In this document: in pieces, positions 1-9,146 of the stretch | Position numbering within the stretch: the first letter of the stretch is position 1 | Layout: each line of letters starts with the position of its first letter | Notes under the pieces: model-generated | The model's database searches: none | The model's input: only the letters and a program-made list of their open reading frames with translations | What the model was told of the DNA's origin: nothing | DNA from: Candidatus Parcubacteria bacterium | GTDB taxonomy: Bacteria; Patescibacteriota; Minisyncoccia; Phycocordibacterales; JAKFXT01 | Reading direction: 5' to 3' | Length of the DNA stretch: 64,000 nt | Assembly (NCBI GenBank): GCA_021414235.1 | Contig: JAIOOV010000004.1 | Span: 342,157-406,156, forward strand | Translations under genes and position numbers: made by a program

Positions 1-997
1 CCGTTGGACCAGTATGGACGATCTCTACAAGGTGGCGGATAGCTCGGGCAGGGAAGTGGCGCTCGGTCCTACGCACGAGGAGATTATCGTGCCCATCCTC
101 AAGCAGTTTGTTTCTTCCTACAAGGATCTGCCGCAGGCGGCCTATCAATTCCAGAACAAGTTCCGCATGGAGCTGCGCGCTAAGAGCGGCATCCTTCGTG
201 GACGTGAGTTCGTGATGAAGGACCTCTATTCCTTCCATGCGGACGAAGCCGATTTCGAGAAATTCTATGAGGCAGCCAAGGAATCCTATGTGCGCATTTT
301 TGAGAAGGTCGGCATCGGGCATCTTACCTATGTGACCTTCGCTTCCGGCGGCACCTTTGCCAAATACTCCCATGAATTCCAGGCTATTACGGATGCAGGA
401 GAGGACATCATCTATTACGACAAGGACAAAAGGATTGCAGTAAACAAAGAAGTCTACGAAGACGAGATATTAAAGAACCTCGGGCTCGATAAGGGATCTC
501 TCGTCGAAGCAAAATCTATCGAGGTGGGCAATATCTTCAGCCTCAAGACCAAGTATTCCGATCCCTTCTCTCTCGCTTACACGGACGCGACGGGCACTGT
601 GCATCCGGTCCTCATGGGTTGCTACGGTATTGGGCTCGGACGCCTCATGGGCACAGTCGTAGAGATTCTCGCGGACGAGAAGGGACTGGTCTGGCCTAAG
701 AGCATCGCTCCCTTCGACCTTCACCTCCTGCCTCTCGGCGAGCCTGGTTCGGCGGCCTACAAGGAAGCTGAGAGCCTCAAGGCAGAACTCGAGAAAGAAG
801 GTTTTGAAGTCCTCATGGACGACCGCGACGCGCGTCCTGGAGAGAAATTCGCGGACGCTGACCTCATCGGCATCCCGCTCCGCGCTGTCATCAGCGCACA
901 GTCTCTGGAGAAGGGCGGTATCGAACTCAAGGGTCGTACTGACAAAGACGCCCGTATCGTTTCCAAAGAAGAATTACTGACACAGCTCCGCTCCTAA
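1..997 (+). CDS. proS: Prolyl-tRNA synthetase, C-terminal portion (5' end lies outside the window)
   Basis: Class II aaRS motif 3 GCYGIGLGRLMG; anticodon-binding domain architecture. The ORF is open to the window edge, so the first ATG at 14 is internal. Confidence 0.8.
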   Translation, partial: RWTSMDDLYKVADSSGREVALGPTHEEIIVPILKQFVSSYKDLPQAAYQFQNKFRMELRAKSGILRGREFVMKDLYSFHADEADFEKFYEAAKESYVRIFEKVGIGHLTYVTFASGGTFAKYSHEFQAITDAGEDIIYYDKDKRIAVNKEVYEDEILKNLGLDKGSLVEAKSIEVGNIFSLKTKYSDPFSLAYTDATGTVHPVLMGCYGIGLGRLMGTVVEILADEKGLVWPKSIAPFDLHLLPLGEPGSAAYKEAESLKAELEKEGFEVLMDDRDARPGEKFADADLIGIPLRAVISAQSLEKGGIELKGRTDKDARIVSKEELLTQLRS

Positions 998-998
998 C

Positions 999-2075
999 AT
1001 GTTTCAGGATGCACGAGCGAAATTTTACTCTCTTGTCTCGAACGACTTAGGGATAGACCTGGGCACGGCAAATACCCTGGTGTATCTCCGTGGGCAGGGG
1101 ATCGTGGTGAATGAACCCTCCGTAGTAGCGATCAATCAGAAGACGGGGCGCGTGGTGGCGGTGGGCGCGGAGGCCAAGAGTATGCTCGGCCGCACGCCTG
1201 CGCACATCACCGCGGTGCGTCCTTTGGTGGACGGCGTCATTTCGGATTACGAAGTAGCAGAAGAGATGCTCTCGTATCTCATTGGGCGCGCGGAAGCGCC
1301 GTTCAAGAAGCTTTTAGGTCCCCGGGTGGTCATCGGCGTACCCTCCGGCATCACCAATGTGGAGACTCGCGCAGTGCGTGATGCTGCCCGCACCGCAGGA
1401 GCGAGGGAAGTGCACATCATTGAAGAACCCATGGCTGCAGCTATTGGCATCAGGCTTCCCATACAGAACCCGATCGGCAGCATGATCATCGATATCGGCG
1501 GCGGCACTACCGATATTGCAGTCATCTCGCTTGAGGGCATCGTGCGCTCCAAGAACCTGCGCGTGGCCGGAGACAAGCTCAACAACGACATCATTTCCTA
1601 CATACGCAGCGAGTTCAAGATATTGATTGGCGAGAAGACCGCGGAAGACCTCAAGATGCGCATCGGCGCGGTCATTCCTTCAGAACCCCTGGAGATGGCG
1701 GTACGCGGGCGTGACCTGGTCACCGGGCTTCCGCGGGAAGTCATCATCACCGACACTGATGTGCGCGAAGCCATTGCGCAGTCCATTGATAGCATCATGG
1801 AGGCAGCCCGCGAGGTGCTGGAGCAGGCGCCTCCCGAGATCCTCGGCGATATCATGCGCCATGGGGTATATCTCGTAGGCGGAGGCGCGCTCATCAAGGA
1901 GCTTCCGGAACTGCTCTCGGACGTGCTCAAGATTCCCGTGCGGGTGGCGGATGATCCGCTCACTGCGGTCGCGCGCGGGACCGGCGTGGTACTCGAGAAT
2001 ATCGACGAGTACCGCGACCTTCTTGTAAAAGACGAAGATGCTGCGACCATTACCAACGCTCGGGAACAGCAATAA
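999..2075 (+). CDS. mreB: Rod shape-determining protein MreB (actin homolog)
   Basis: N-terminal GIDLGTANTLVY phosphate-1 motif, DIGGGTTD phosphate-2 motif, 358 aa. Confidence 0.9.
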   Translation: MFQDARAKFYSLVSNDLGIDLGTANTLVYLRGQGIVVNEPSVVAINQKTGRVVAVGAEAKSMLGRTPAHITAVRPLVDGVISDYEVAEEMLSYLIGRAEAPFKKLLGPRVVIGVPSGITNVETRAVRDAARTAGAREVHIIEEPMAAAIGIRLPIQNPIGSMIIDIGGGTTDIAVISLEGIVRSKNLRVAGDKLNNDIISYIRSEFKILIGEKTAEDLKMRIGAVIPSEPLEMAVRGRDLVTGLPREVIITDTDVREAIAQSIDSIMEAAREVLEQAPPEILGDIMRHGVYLVGGGALIKELPELLSDVLKIPVRVADDPLTAVARGTGVVLENIDEYRDLLVKDEDAATITNAREQQ

Positions 2076-2841
2076 GAGGCGTAATCGCTATGTTGTGCTG
2101 GCGCTCCTGGCGGCGCTCGTCTTAGCACTTGTCTTCGGCGGCTCTCTCATTCTTTCTGTTTTTTCTTCTTCAGCGAACGCACTTGCGTTCCCGCTTACGA
2201 GTGCAGCGAGCGTCTTCCGGGAGAAGGTGTCCTTCGGAGCAAGTACTTTTTTCTCTTCCAAGGCGGCGCTTGTCTCGGAGAATACTGATCTCAAGAGTCG
2301 CCTCGAGACCATGCGGGCGGAGATGCTTGATAGGGATATGCTCCTCCTTGAGAATCGTTCCCTGAAAGAAGCCCTGGGGAGGAGGGAAGAGGAGGAGACG
2401 GTCCTCGCGAGCGTGCTCTCGCGTCCGAACCGCTCTCCCTACGACACCCTGCTCATCGATGTCGGCACAGATCGCGGCCTCCGCGCCGGAGACTATGCCC
2501 TAGGCTTAGGTTCCGTGGTCATCGGACGCGTAGCGGCCGTGTATGAGCGGAGCGCCTTAGTGAAGCTCCTCTCTGCTCCTGGGGAAGAGCAGGAGGTCAT
2601 GATCGGGTCGAGTACCCCGGGGAAGGCGATTGGGGTGGGCGGTGGAAATTTCCGAGTCGTTTTGCCCAAGGGATCGCCGGTTGCCATAGGGGATTCAATC
2701 GTCTTCCCGGCGATCAACTCGCGTATCTTCGGGAAGGTGGAGGAGATCGCCACGGATGACTCGGATACGTTCGTGCGGGTCTTCTTCCAGAGCCCGGTGA
2801 ATATCTTCGAGCTTCGGTGGATAGAGATATTGCAGCAATGA
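2038..2841 (+). CDS. mreC: Rod shape-determining protein MreC
   Basis: N-terminal TM helix, coiled-coil (LKSRLETMRAEML), C-terminal beta-rich domain; follows mreB. The start is uncertain because it overlaps the mreB 3' end. Confidence 0.7.
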   Translation: MLRPLPTLGNSNKRRNRYVVLALLAALVLALVFGGSLILSVFSSSANALAFPLTSAASVFREKVSFGASTFFSSKAALVSENTDLKSRLETMRAEMLDRDMLLLENRSLKEALGRREEEETVLASVLSRPNRSPYDTLLIDVGTDRGLRAGDYALGLGSVVIGRVAAVYERSALVKLLSAPGEEQEVMIGSSTPGKAIGVGGGNFRVVLPKGSPVAIGDSIVFPAINSRIFGKVEEIATDDSDTFVRVFFQSPVNIFELRWIEILQQ

Positions 2842-3125
2842 TGACTACGAATCGTCTCCGTATCTTCCTCGACATACTGCTCCTTATTGCCTTCTTCTTC
2901 CTGCCGTGGTGGGCGCTCTTCCTTCTCGCCCTTCCGGGACTCTCCCTCTATCCATGGTTCGGGGAAGTGCTTGTTCTCGGCTTTGCTCTCGATGTGCTCT
3001 TCCATGAGCCTTCGACGGGCGTTACGCCGCTCTGGATGACTCTTCTTGCTCTGGCACTCCTGTTCCTTTCTCTCCTCGCTAAGCGAGGCCTCCGTCTCAC
3101 CTCATATGTTTCAAGCTCTCACTAA
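2817..3125 (+). CDS. mreD: MreD-like small polytopic membrane protein
   Basis: Very hydrophobic 102-aa product in the mreBC-pbp2 position. Shorter than typical MreD. Confidence 0.45.
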   Translation: MDRDIAAMMTTNRLRIFLDILLLIAFFFLPWWALFLLALPGLSLYPWFGEVLVLGFALDVLFHEPSTGVTPLWMTLLALALLFLSLLAKRGLRLTSYVSSSH

Positions 3126-4815
3126 TCTTTTTAAAAGACTCTTCTCTCGCCCTAGGGGGAGCTCCCTTGTCGATCCGGATGAGATGTTTTTCGATGCGTA
3201 CAACCTCTCTTCCTTTCGCGCAGAGCAGTTTGAGGGCCGCCTGGAGAAGCCTATCGGCAAGCGTTCCCTCTACGGGCTCCTTGGTTTTTTTGTACTCATC
3301 ATCTCCGCCTTCGGCTACCAGATCTGGGATCTCCAGATCGCGGAGGGCGCTGCCTACCGCTTGAAGAGCGAACAGAACCGCCTCAAGCACACCCTCATCT
3401 TCGCGGAGCGCGGGCGGATACTGGATAGGAATGGGGTGGAGCTCGCCTGGAACGAGCCTGTCTCCGGGGACGAGGTCTCTAAGCGCGTATATACGGACCT
3501 TCCCGGCTTCGGACACCTCCTGGGCTACGTGAGCTATCCGCAGAAGGACAAAGCCGGTAATTACTTCTCCTATGAATTCGAAGGAAAGGACGGGGTGGAG
3601 AAGCAGTATGCCGCGCGTCTCGGGGGAGTGAACGGCATCAAGATCACTGAGACTGATGTGCACGGGGAGGTGGAGTCCGAGAGCGTGCTTGAGCCGCCTG
3701 CGCACGGAGAAGATCTGACTCTCTCCGTGGATGCAGAGATCCAGTCGGTGCTCTACAAGGGCATGCAGGATCTGGCGGGCAAAGTAGGTTTTGAAGGAGG
3801 AGCCGCCGTCATCATGGACATACGCACCGGAGAGCTTCTCGCCATGACCAGCTTCCCTGAGTACAAGAGCCAGGTGCTCTCTGATGGCGAGGATCGTGCA
3901 GAGATCGCCCGCTACAATTCCTCCAAGCAATCCGTCTTCCTCAACCGCGTCGCCGCTGGCGTATATACGCCGGGCTCCATCGTAAAGCCCTTCGTGGCTA
4001 CGGCCGCGCTTACTGAGAAGATCATCGATCCCGCAAAGCAGATCCTCTCTACCGGCTCCATCTCCATACCTAATCCATATGTGAAGGGGAAAGACACGGT
4101 CTTCTCCGACTGGAAGGCGCATGGGTGGGTGGATATGCGGCATGCCATCGCGGTCTCTTCGAACGTGTATTTCTATGTAGTAGGCGGTGGTTACAAGGAT
4201 CAGGCGGGCTTAGGCATCACGCGTCTCGAGAAATATTTCCGTATGTTCGGCTTCGGCTCCTCTACCGGTATCGATCTCCCGAGCGAGAATATCGGCACCA
4301 TACCTAATCCAGAGTGGAAGGCGCGGAACTTCGATGGGGAAGCGTGGCGTCTCGGGGACACCTACTTCACATCCATCGGCCAGTACGGCATGCAGGTTAC
4401 TCCGCTCCAGGCGGTGCGCGCCATCTCCGCGGTAGCGAACGGCGGTTCTCTACGCACGCCTTCCCTGGTAGCAGGGAATCATCTCGAATCCGTACGGCTC
4501 GCGGTCGCAGCCTCCGATCTCAGGGTCGTACGGGAAGGCATGCGCATCGGAGCGCTCGAAGGAACTGCCAGGGCGCTCAATGTGCCCTATGTCCAGGTGG
4601 CAGGTAAGACGGGTACAGCGGAGCTCGGTGTCTCCAAGGAGAAGGTCAATTCCTGGGTGATGGGCTTTTTCCCGTATCAGGAGCCGCGCTACGCTTTTAT
4701 CGTGATGATGGAGAAGGGGCCGCGTCAGAATCTCACTGGGGCCGCTTTTGTGATGCGGGGACTCCTCGATTGGATGGCGGTGCATAGGAAGGAATATTTG
4801 GATGGTTCACAATGA
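3106..4815 (+). CDS. mrdA: Penicillin-binding protein 2 (elongasome transpeptidase)
   Basis: SIVKPF (SxxK), SSN, KTGTAE (KTG) motifs; N-terminal TM; position after mreCD. Start at 3106 (MFQALTN) or 3046 is uncertain. Confidence 0.85.
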   Translation: MFQALTNLFKRLFSRPRGSSLVDPDEMFFDAYNLSSFRAEQFEGRLEKPIGKRSLYGLLGFFVLIISAFGYQIWDLQIAEGAAYRLKSEQNRLKHTLIFAERGRILDRNGVELAWNEPVSGDEVSKRVYTDLPGFGHLLGYVSYPQKDKAGNYFSYEFEGKDGVEKQYAARLGGVNGIKITETDVHGEVESESVLEPPAHGEDLTLSVDAEIQSVLYKGMQDLAGKVGFEGGAAVIMDIRTGELLAMTSFPEYKSQVLSDGEDRAEIARYNSSKQSVFLNRVAAGVYTPGSIVKPFVATAALTEKIIDPAKQILSTGSISIPNPYVKGKDTVFSDWKAHGWVDMRHAIAVSSNVYFYVVGGGYKDQAGLGITRLEKYFRMFGFGSSTGIDLPSENIGTIPNPEWKARNFDGEAWRLGDTYFTSIGQYGMQVTPLQAVRAISAVANGGSLRTPSLVAGNHLESVRLAVAASDLRVVREGMRIGALEGTARALNVPYVQVAGKTGTAELGVSKEKVNSWVMGFFPYQEPRYAFIVMMEKGPRQNLTGAAFVMRGLLDWMAVHRKEYLDGSQ

Positions 4816-5120
4816 GAATTGAGGGGGCTTGGTTCAAAAGTTAACAGGCAACCTTTCGGTCGCCTGTAGAGGTGGATGTGGCCCTCGGGATGGGTGTACG
4901 CTTGGGCCTACATTTTTTATAGAGGTGTGCGGCTTAACTCGCGTTTGAGCTGCAAGGGTCACCTGTGATTGGCGATGCTGAGACTGCGAGAAGGTCTCAG
5001 TGAGGAAGAGCGTACAGTTATAGTAAAATATAAAAAGGTAGGTTGGTCAAACTAAAGCTCTCCAGATTACGTTGACTTTTAACGTTTTCGCGGGTAAGAT
5101 GTGCCCCTAATAACGCCCAT

Positions 5121-5591
5121 ATGCCAGAAGAAAAAGAGTATCTGACGCAGGAGAAATTCAACGAGCTTTCGACCGAGCTCCAGCGCCTCAAGACCACCCG
5201 CCGCAAGGAAATCGCGGATAGCCTTGAGTACGCCAAGTCTCTTGGAGACCTCTCCGAGAACGCAGAGTACCAGGAGGCTCGCGAGCTCCAGACGACCCTC
5301 GAAGAGCGCATCACCAAACTTGAGAGTGTGCTCAAGTCTGCTGCGATCGTCTCCGAGCGTCACAGCGACACCGTAGGCGTCGGCTCCTTCGTGGTGGTGA
5401 AGAAGGAAGGTGCCAAGGATACCCAGCGCTACGGCATCGTCGGCTCTGAAGAAGCCAACAGCGCTGAGGGCCGCATCTCTAATCGCTCGCCTTTGGGCGA
5501 GGCGCTCATGGGCCGCAAGCGCGGTGAGATGGTCACGGTGACGACTCCTAAGGGTCCGAGCAAGTACGAGGTGGTGGAGATTGAGAAGTAA
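5121..5591 (+). CDS. greA: Transcription elongation factor GreA
   Basis: Coiled-coil N-terminus with the acidic DLSENAEY tip motif, FKBP-like C-domain, 156 aa. Promoter-like TTGACT-17-TAAGAT at about 5071-5100. Confidence 0.9.
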   Translation: MPEEKEYLTQEKFNELSTELQRLKTTRRKEIADSLEYAKSLGDLSENAEYQEARELQTTLEERITKLESVLKSAAIVSERHSDTVGVGSFVVVKKEGAKDTQRYGIVGSEEANSAEGRISNRSPLGEALMGRKRGEMVTVTTPKGPSKYEVVEIEK

Positions 5592-5602
5592 CTCATGCTT
5601 AA

Positions 5603-5640
5603 AAGGACGCTTGGCTTAGAGCCAGGCGTCCTTTTAATTA
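5603..5640 (+). terminator. Rho-independent terminator after greA
   Basis: aaggacgcttggc-ttaga-gccaggcgtcctt hairpin followed by ttttaatt. Confidence 0.6.
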
Positions 5641-5666
5641 TTCTCAGAAGAAGGTAGTCTATCTTT

Positions 5667-7250
5667 ATGTTTTGGGCTGATCGCATTGCGGAATCCATAG
5701 AGAAAGACAGAGCCAAGGATATTGCAGCCGGGCCTCTAGTCATTCGCGACGAGAAGACGGCTTCTGGCCGCGTGCATGTGGGCTCGATGCGCGGGGCGGC
5801 TATCCACGGACTCGTCTCCCAGGTGCTTGCGGATAAAGGGGTTGCTAATACTTTCTATTGGGAGATCAACGATTTCGATCCGATGGATGGTATGCCCGTG
5901 TATCTTGATGAAGCAGTGTATCGGCAATACATGGGTAAACCCCTTTACACTATTCCCTCGCCGGACGGTAAGGCCAAGAATTTTGCAGAATATTATGGCG
6001 AGGAGTTTGCGGGCGTGCTTAAGGATAGCGGCTTTTATCCTACCTACTATCGCGCGAGCGAGCTCTATCTCTCTGGTCGCATGAACGAGGCTATTAGGAT
6101 AGCCCTTGAGAAAGCGGAAGACATACGTCGTATCTATAAAGAGGTCTCGGGTTCAGAACGCGCCGATACTTGGCTTCCGCTCTCGGTTGTTTGTGAGAAG
6201 TGCGGCAAGATAGGCACTACGACTGCTGTTTCTTTTGACGGCGAGAAAGTGACCTATCGCTGTGAGGCGAAGAAGGTAGAGTGGGCGGAGGGCTGTAGTC
6301 ATGAGGGCAGCGTCTCGCCGTTTGATGGGCGTGCCAAGCTCCCGTGGAAAGTGGAGTGGGCTGCGAAGTTCAAGGTAATGAACGTCATGGTAGAGGGTGG
6401 AGGTAAAGACCACTCTACTAAGGGCGGAGCGCGCGATGTGGCCAATCGTATCTCCCGTGAAGTCTTTGGTTATGAGCCGCCCTTCGATATACCTTATGAA
6501 TTCTTCCTCATTGGCGGTAAGAAGATGTCTTCTTCCAAAGGAAGAGGCTCTTCTGCTCGTGAAGTAGCCGACCTTCTGCCACCGCACATCTTCCGTCTCG
6601 GGCTTTTGTCCAAGGATATCAATCAGGCAATCAATTTCGACCCAGAAGGGGATACTATTCCCGTACTCTTCGATCTCTATGACCGTTTGGCGGAGAAATA
6701 TTTTGTTGGCGAGACCGATGATCACGTGCGGATGCTCGTCCTTTCTCATAAGCCGGAGGATCAGAAAAGCATTCCTCGTCGCTTCTTGCCGCGCTTCTCG
6801 CTGATAGCTTTCCTCGTACAGATGCCTCACCTCGATCTCTTTGTCGAGGTGGAGAAGATGAAGGGAAGCCCTCTGACTCAAGAAGACAAGGAAGAAACTG
6901 AACTTCGGGCACTGTACGCCAAGAAGTGGCTCGAAGAGTGCGCTCCGGAAGATTTCAAGTATGAACTGGCCAAGGAGCTTCCCGAAGCAGCCAAGAGCCT
7001 CTCTCCCGAGCAGAAGAAAGCCGTTAAGGCCATCCTGGAGTATGTGGAAGCGAATCCGATCTTGGACGGCCAGCTGCTTCATACTGCCCTCCATGAGATG
7101 CGGAAGGCCCTCGGTATCGAGGCTGCGGACTTCTTCAGTGCCGTATATCTCTCTTTCCTAGGGAAGCCGAGCGGCCCTAAGGCGGGCTGGTTCCTCTCTG
7201 TATTGGAGAGGGAACTCCTCCTTTCCCGCCTCCGGGAAGCCTCCTCCTAG
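5667..7250 (+). CDS. lysS: Lysyl-tRNA synthetase, class I type
   Basis: HIGH-like HVGSMRG and KMSKS-like KMSSSKG motifs; overall class I LysRS layout (not the class II OB-fold plus motif 1-3 form). Confidence 0.8.
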   Translation: MFWADRIAESIEKDRAKDIAAGPLVIRDEKTASGRVHVGSMRGAAIHGLVSQVLADKGVANTFYWEINDFDPMDGMPVYLDEAVYRQYMGKPLYTIPSPDGKAKNFAEYYGEEFAGVLKDSGFYPTYYRASELYLSGRMNEAIRIALEKAEDIRRIYKEVSGSERADTWLPLSVVCEKCGKIGTTTAVSFDGEKVTYRCEAKKVEWAEGCSHEGSVSPFDGRAKLPWKVEWAAKFKVMNVMVEGGGKDHSTKGGARDVANRISREVFGYEPPFDIPYEFFLIGGKKMSSSKGRGSSAREVADLLPPHIFRLGLLSKDINQAINFDPEGDTIPVLFDLYDRLAEKYFVGETDDHVRMLVLSHKPEDQKSIPRRFLPRFSLIAFLVQMPHLDLFVEVEKMKGSPLTQEDKEETELRALYAKKWLEECAPEDFKYELAKELPEAAKSLSPEQKKAVKAILEYVEANPILDGQLLHTALHEMRKALGIEAADFFSAVYLSFLGKPSGPKAGWFLSVLERELLLSRLREASS

Positions 7251-7280
7251 GCTCTCTTTAAAGTCGGTTATCCCCTCCGG

Positions 7281-7310
7281 GCAGCAAGACAGCTTGCTGC
7301 TTTTTCGTTT
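7281..7310 (+). terminator. Rho-independent terminator after lysS
   Basis: gcagcaag-acag-cttgctgc followed by tttttcgttt. Confidence 0.6.
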
Positions 7311-7351
7311 GCGTGGCCTGTTGTGGAAAAAGGTGGATAACCAGTTTCAGA

Positions 7352-7398
7352 GTGGGAAGGAGTGGGATAGAATGGTATGGAAGTGGGAAATTGTGGGA
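7352..7398 (+). promoter_or_regulatory. Array of four GTGGGA direct repeats at 10/11-bp spacing upstream of mraZ (candidate MraZ operator)
   Basis: GTGGGA at 7352, 7362, 7383 and 7393, plus degenerate GTGGAT/GTGGAA at 7332 and 7322. E. coli MraZ binds TGGGN direct repeats in Pmra. Confidence 0.5.
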
Positions 7399-7410
7399 TG
7401 AAGAATTTAT

Positions 7411-7848
7411 ATGCTGATCGGCGAATACACGCACACATTAGACGCAAAGAACCGCGTGTCACTCCCCGCCAAGTTCCGCAAGGTGCTCGGCAATAAGGTG
7501 ATAGTGACCAAAGGACTCGACGCCTGTCTGTTCATGTTCTCGCTCAAGGCATGGGAAAAGTTTTCGGATGATGTAGGCAGGCTCCCGCTGGTACAGGCAG
7601 ACAAGCGTAAGTACAGCCGCTTCATGCTAGGAGGAGCAGTTGAGGTAGATGTAGATTCCATCGGGCGCATCCTGATCCCGGACTTCCTTAAGGAGTTCGC
7701 CTGTATCAAGGGCAAGGTGGTCTTCGCCGGCATCCATGAGCGCGCGGAGATCTGGAACGAGAAGACCTGGATGGACTACAAGAAGAATGTGGAGAAGGAC
7801 ATCGATATCCTCGCCGAGAAGCTCGGCGAAGCAGGAGCCCTCGTCTAA
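7411..7848 (+). CDS. mraZ: Transcriptional regulator MraZ
   Basis: Duplicated SpoVT/AbrB-like halves with DAKNRVSLP and the second DxxGRxxIP motif, 145 aa. Confidence 0.9.
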   Translation: MLIGEYTHTLDAKNRVSLPAKFRKVLGNKVIVTKGLDACLFMFSLKAWEKFSDDVGRLPLVQADKRKYSRFMLGGAVEVDVDSIGRILIPDFLKEFACIKGKVVFAGIHERAEIWNEKTWMDYKKNVEKDIDILAEKLGEAGALV

Positions 7849-7854
7849 AGAGGT

Positions 7855-8733
7855 ATGGCTCACGTAAGCGTTCTTTTACAAGAAGTAGTAGAGGGCCTCA
7901 ACCTTCATGGCGGCGTCGTTCTCGATGCCACGGTGAATGGGGGAGGCATGAGCGAGGCGATACTCGCGGCTGACAAGAACGTAGAGGTCGTTGCTACGGA
8001 CGCTGACGAGGGTGCGCTCGTACGCGCTTCTGAGCGCCTCAAGGAGTACGAAGGTCGCATAACGTTCCATCACGTAAATTTCCGTGAGCTCGATCGGGTG
8101 CTTGCGGAAAGGGATGTGCAGGGAATAGACGGAGCGATCTTTGACCTCGGCCTCAGTTCCAATCAATTGGAAGAGTCCGGACGCGGCTTCAGCTTCCAGA
8201 GAGACGAACCTCTCCTCATGACCTTCGGTGCTTCTCCTAAGGAGGGGGAGGTAACGGCGAAGGAAGCGGTCAACGAATGGTCTGAGGAGACCTTGGTCAC
8301 GGTGATCAAGGCTTACGGAGAAGAGCCTCGCGCGCGGCACATCGCACGAGCCATCATCGCAGCGCGCGCCAAGCGCCGGATCGAGACGTCTGCGGAACTC
8401 GCTGAAGTCATCGCTTCAGCCATCCCGCGTAGAGGCAAGACGCATCCTGCCACTAAGACGTTCCAGGCTCTCCGTATCGCGGTGAACGACGAGCTGAGAG
8501 CCTTGGATGAAGCCCTCGAGAAGGCCTGGGCGGCGCTCAAGCCCAAAGGGCGACTCCTGGTGATCTCCTTCCATAGTTTGGAGGACCGTCCGGTGAAGCA
8601 CTTCTTCCGGAAGCTTTCAGATGAAGGCCAGGGAACGCTCCTCACCAAGAAGCCTATCGTACCGAGCGAGCAAGAGTTGAAAGAGAACCCCCGATCCCGC
8701 AGTGCCAAGCTGCGGATTATAGAAAAGAACTAA
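7855..8733 (+). CDS. rsmH: 16S rRNA (cytosine1402-N4)-methyltransferase RsmH (MraW)
   Basis: HVSVLLQEVVEGL start, SAM-binding fold, 292 aa, follows mraZ. Confidence 0.9.
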   Translation: MAHVSVLLQEVVEGLNLHGGVVLDATVNGGGMSEAILAADKNVEVVATDADEGALVRASERLKEYEGRITFHHVNFRELDRVLAERDVQGIDGAIFDLGLSSNQLEESGRGFSFQRDEPLLMTFGASPKEGEVTAKEAVNEWSEETLVTVIKAYGEEPRARHIARAIIAARAKRRIETSAELAEVIASAIPRRGKTHPATKTFQALRIAVNDELRALDEALEKAWAALKPKGRLLVISFHSLEDRPVKHFFRKLSDEGQGTLLTKKPIVPSEQELKENPRSRSAKLRIIEKN

Positions 8734-8747
8734 ATTATTAAAATCAT

Positions 8748-9077
8748 ATGAATTCCGTAGCCATCCTCCGTTTCGAATACCGCCAGCGAGCCTTCTTCGT
8801 CCTTGCTGTCCTTGCCGGCATGCTCGTCGCCACCTATCTCTTCCTGCTCAATCAGACTATCCGCGACGTGGTAGCAGTAGAGGACACCCAGCGCGCCATC
8901 GCCACTCTCCACTCCGAGGTGAGCGACCTTGAGAGTAAGTATCTTGTAGCACGCAGCAAGGTGAATCTGGAAACAGCTCTCGCCCTTGGCTTCCACGATG
9001 CCTCTTCGGTAGATTTCTTGGCCCGCTCCTCTGAGCACACCCGTCTTTCCTTGGTTAATCAAGGCTCTGCTGAGTAG
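8748..9077 (+). CDS. ftsL: FtsL-like small bitopic division protein
   Basis: 109 aa, one TM helix then a coiled coil, located between rsmH and ftsI. Sequence conservation is weak, so the call rests on position. Confidence 0.45.
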   Translation: MNSVAILRFEYRQRAFFVLAVLAGMLVATYLFLLNQTIRDVVAVEDTQRAIATLHSEVSDLESKYLVARSKVNLETALALGFHDASSVDFLARSSEHTRLSLVNQGSAE

Positions 9078-9146
9078 GGTTTGAGGTAGTATTGGTGTGC
9101 GAGGCATACGTCTCTTCTTGGGGCAGATGCGTGACGCTTTTTATAA

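Noticed and set aside
3097-4143. 348-aa minus-strand ORF
   Set aside because: Antisense to PBP2 (mrdA).
4816-5120. tmRNA, SRP RNA or RNase P RNA in the non-coding stretches at 4816-5120 and 32040-32367
   Set aside because: I could not find the conserved tmRNA 5'/3' ends, the tag-peptide reading frame, the SRP domain IV GGAAG..AGCAGCC motif, or the RNase P P4 motifs by eye.
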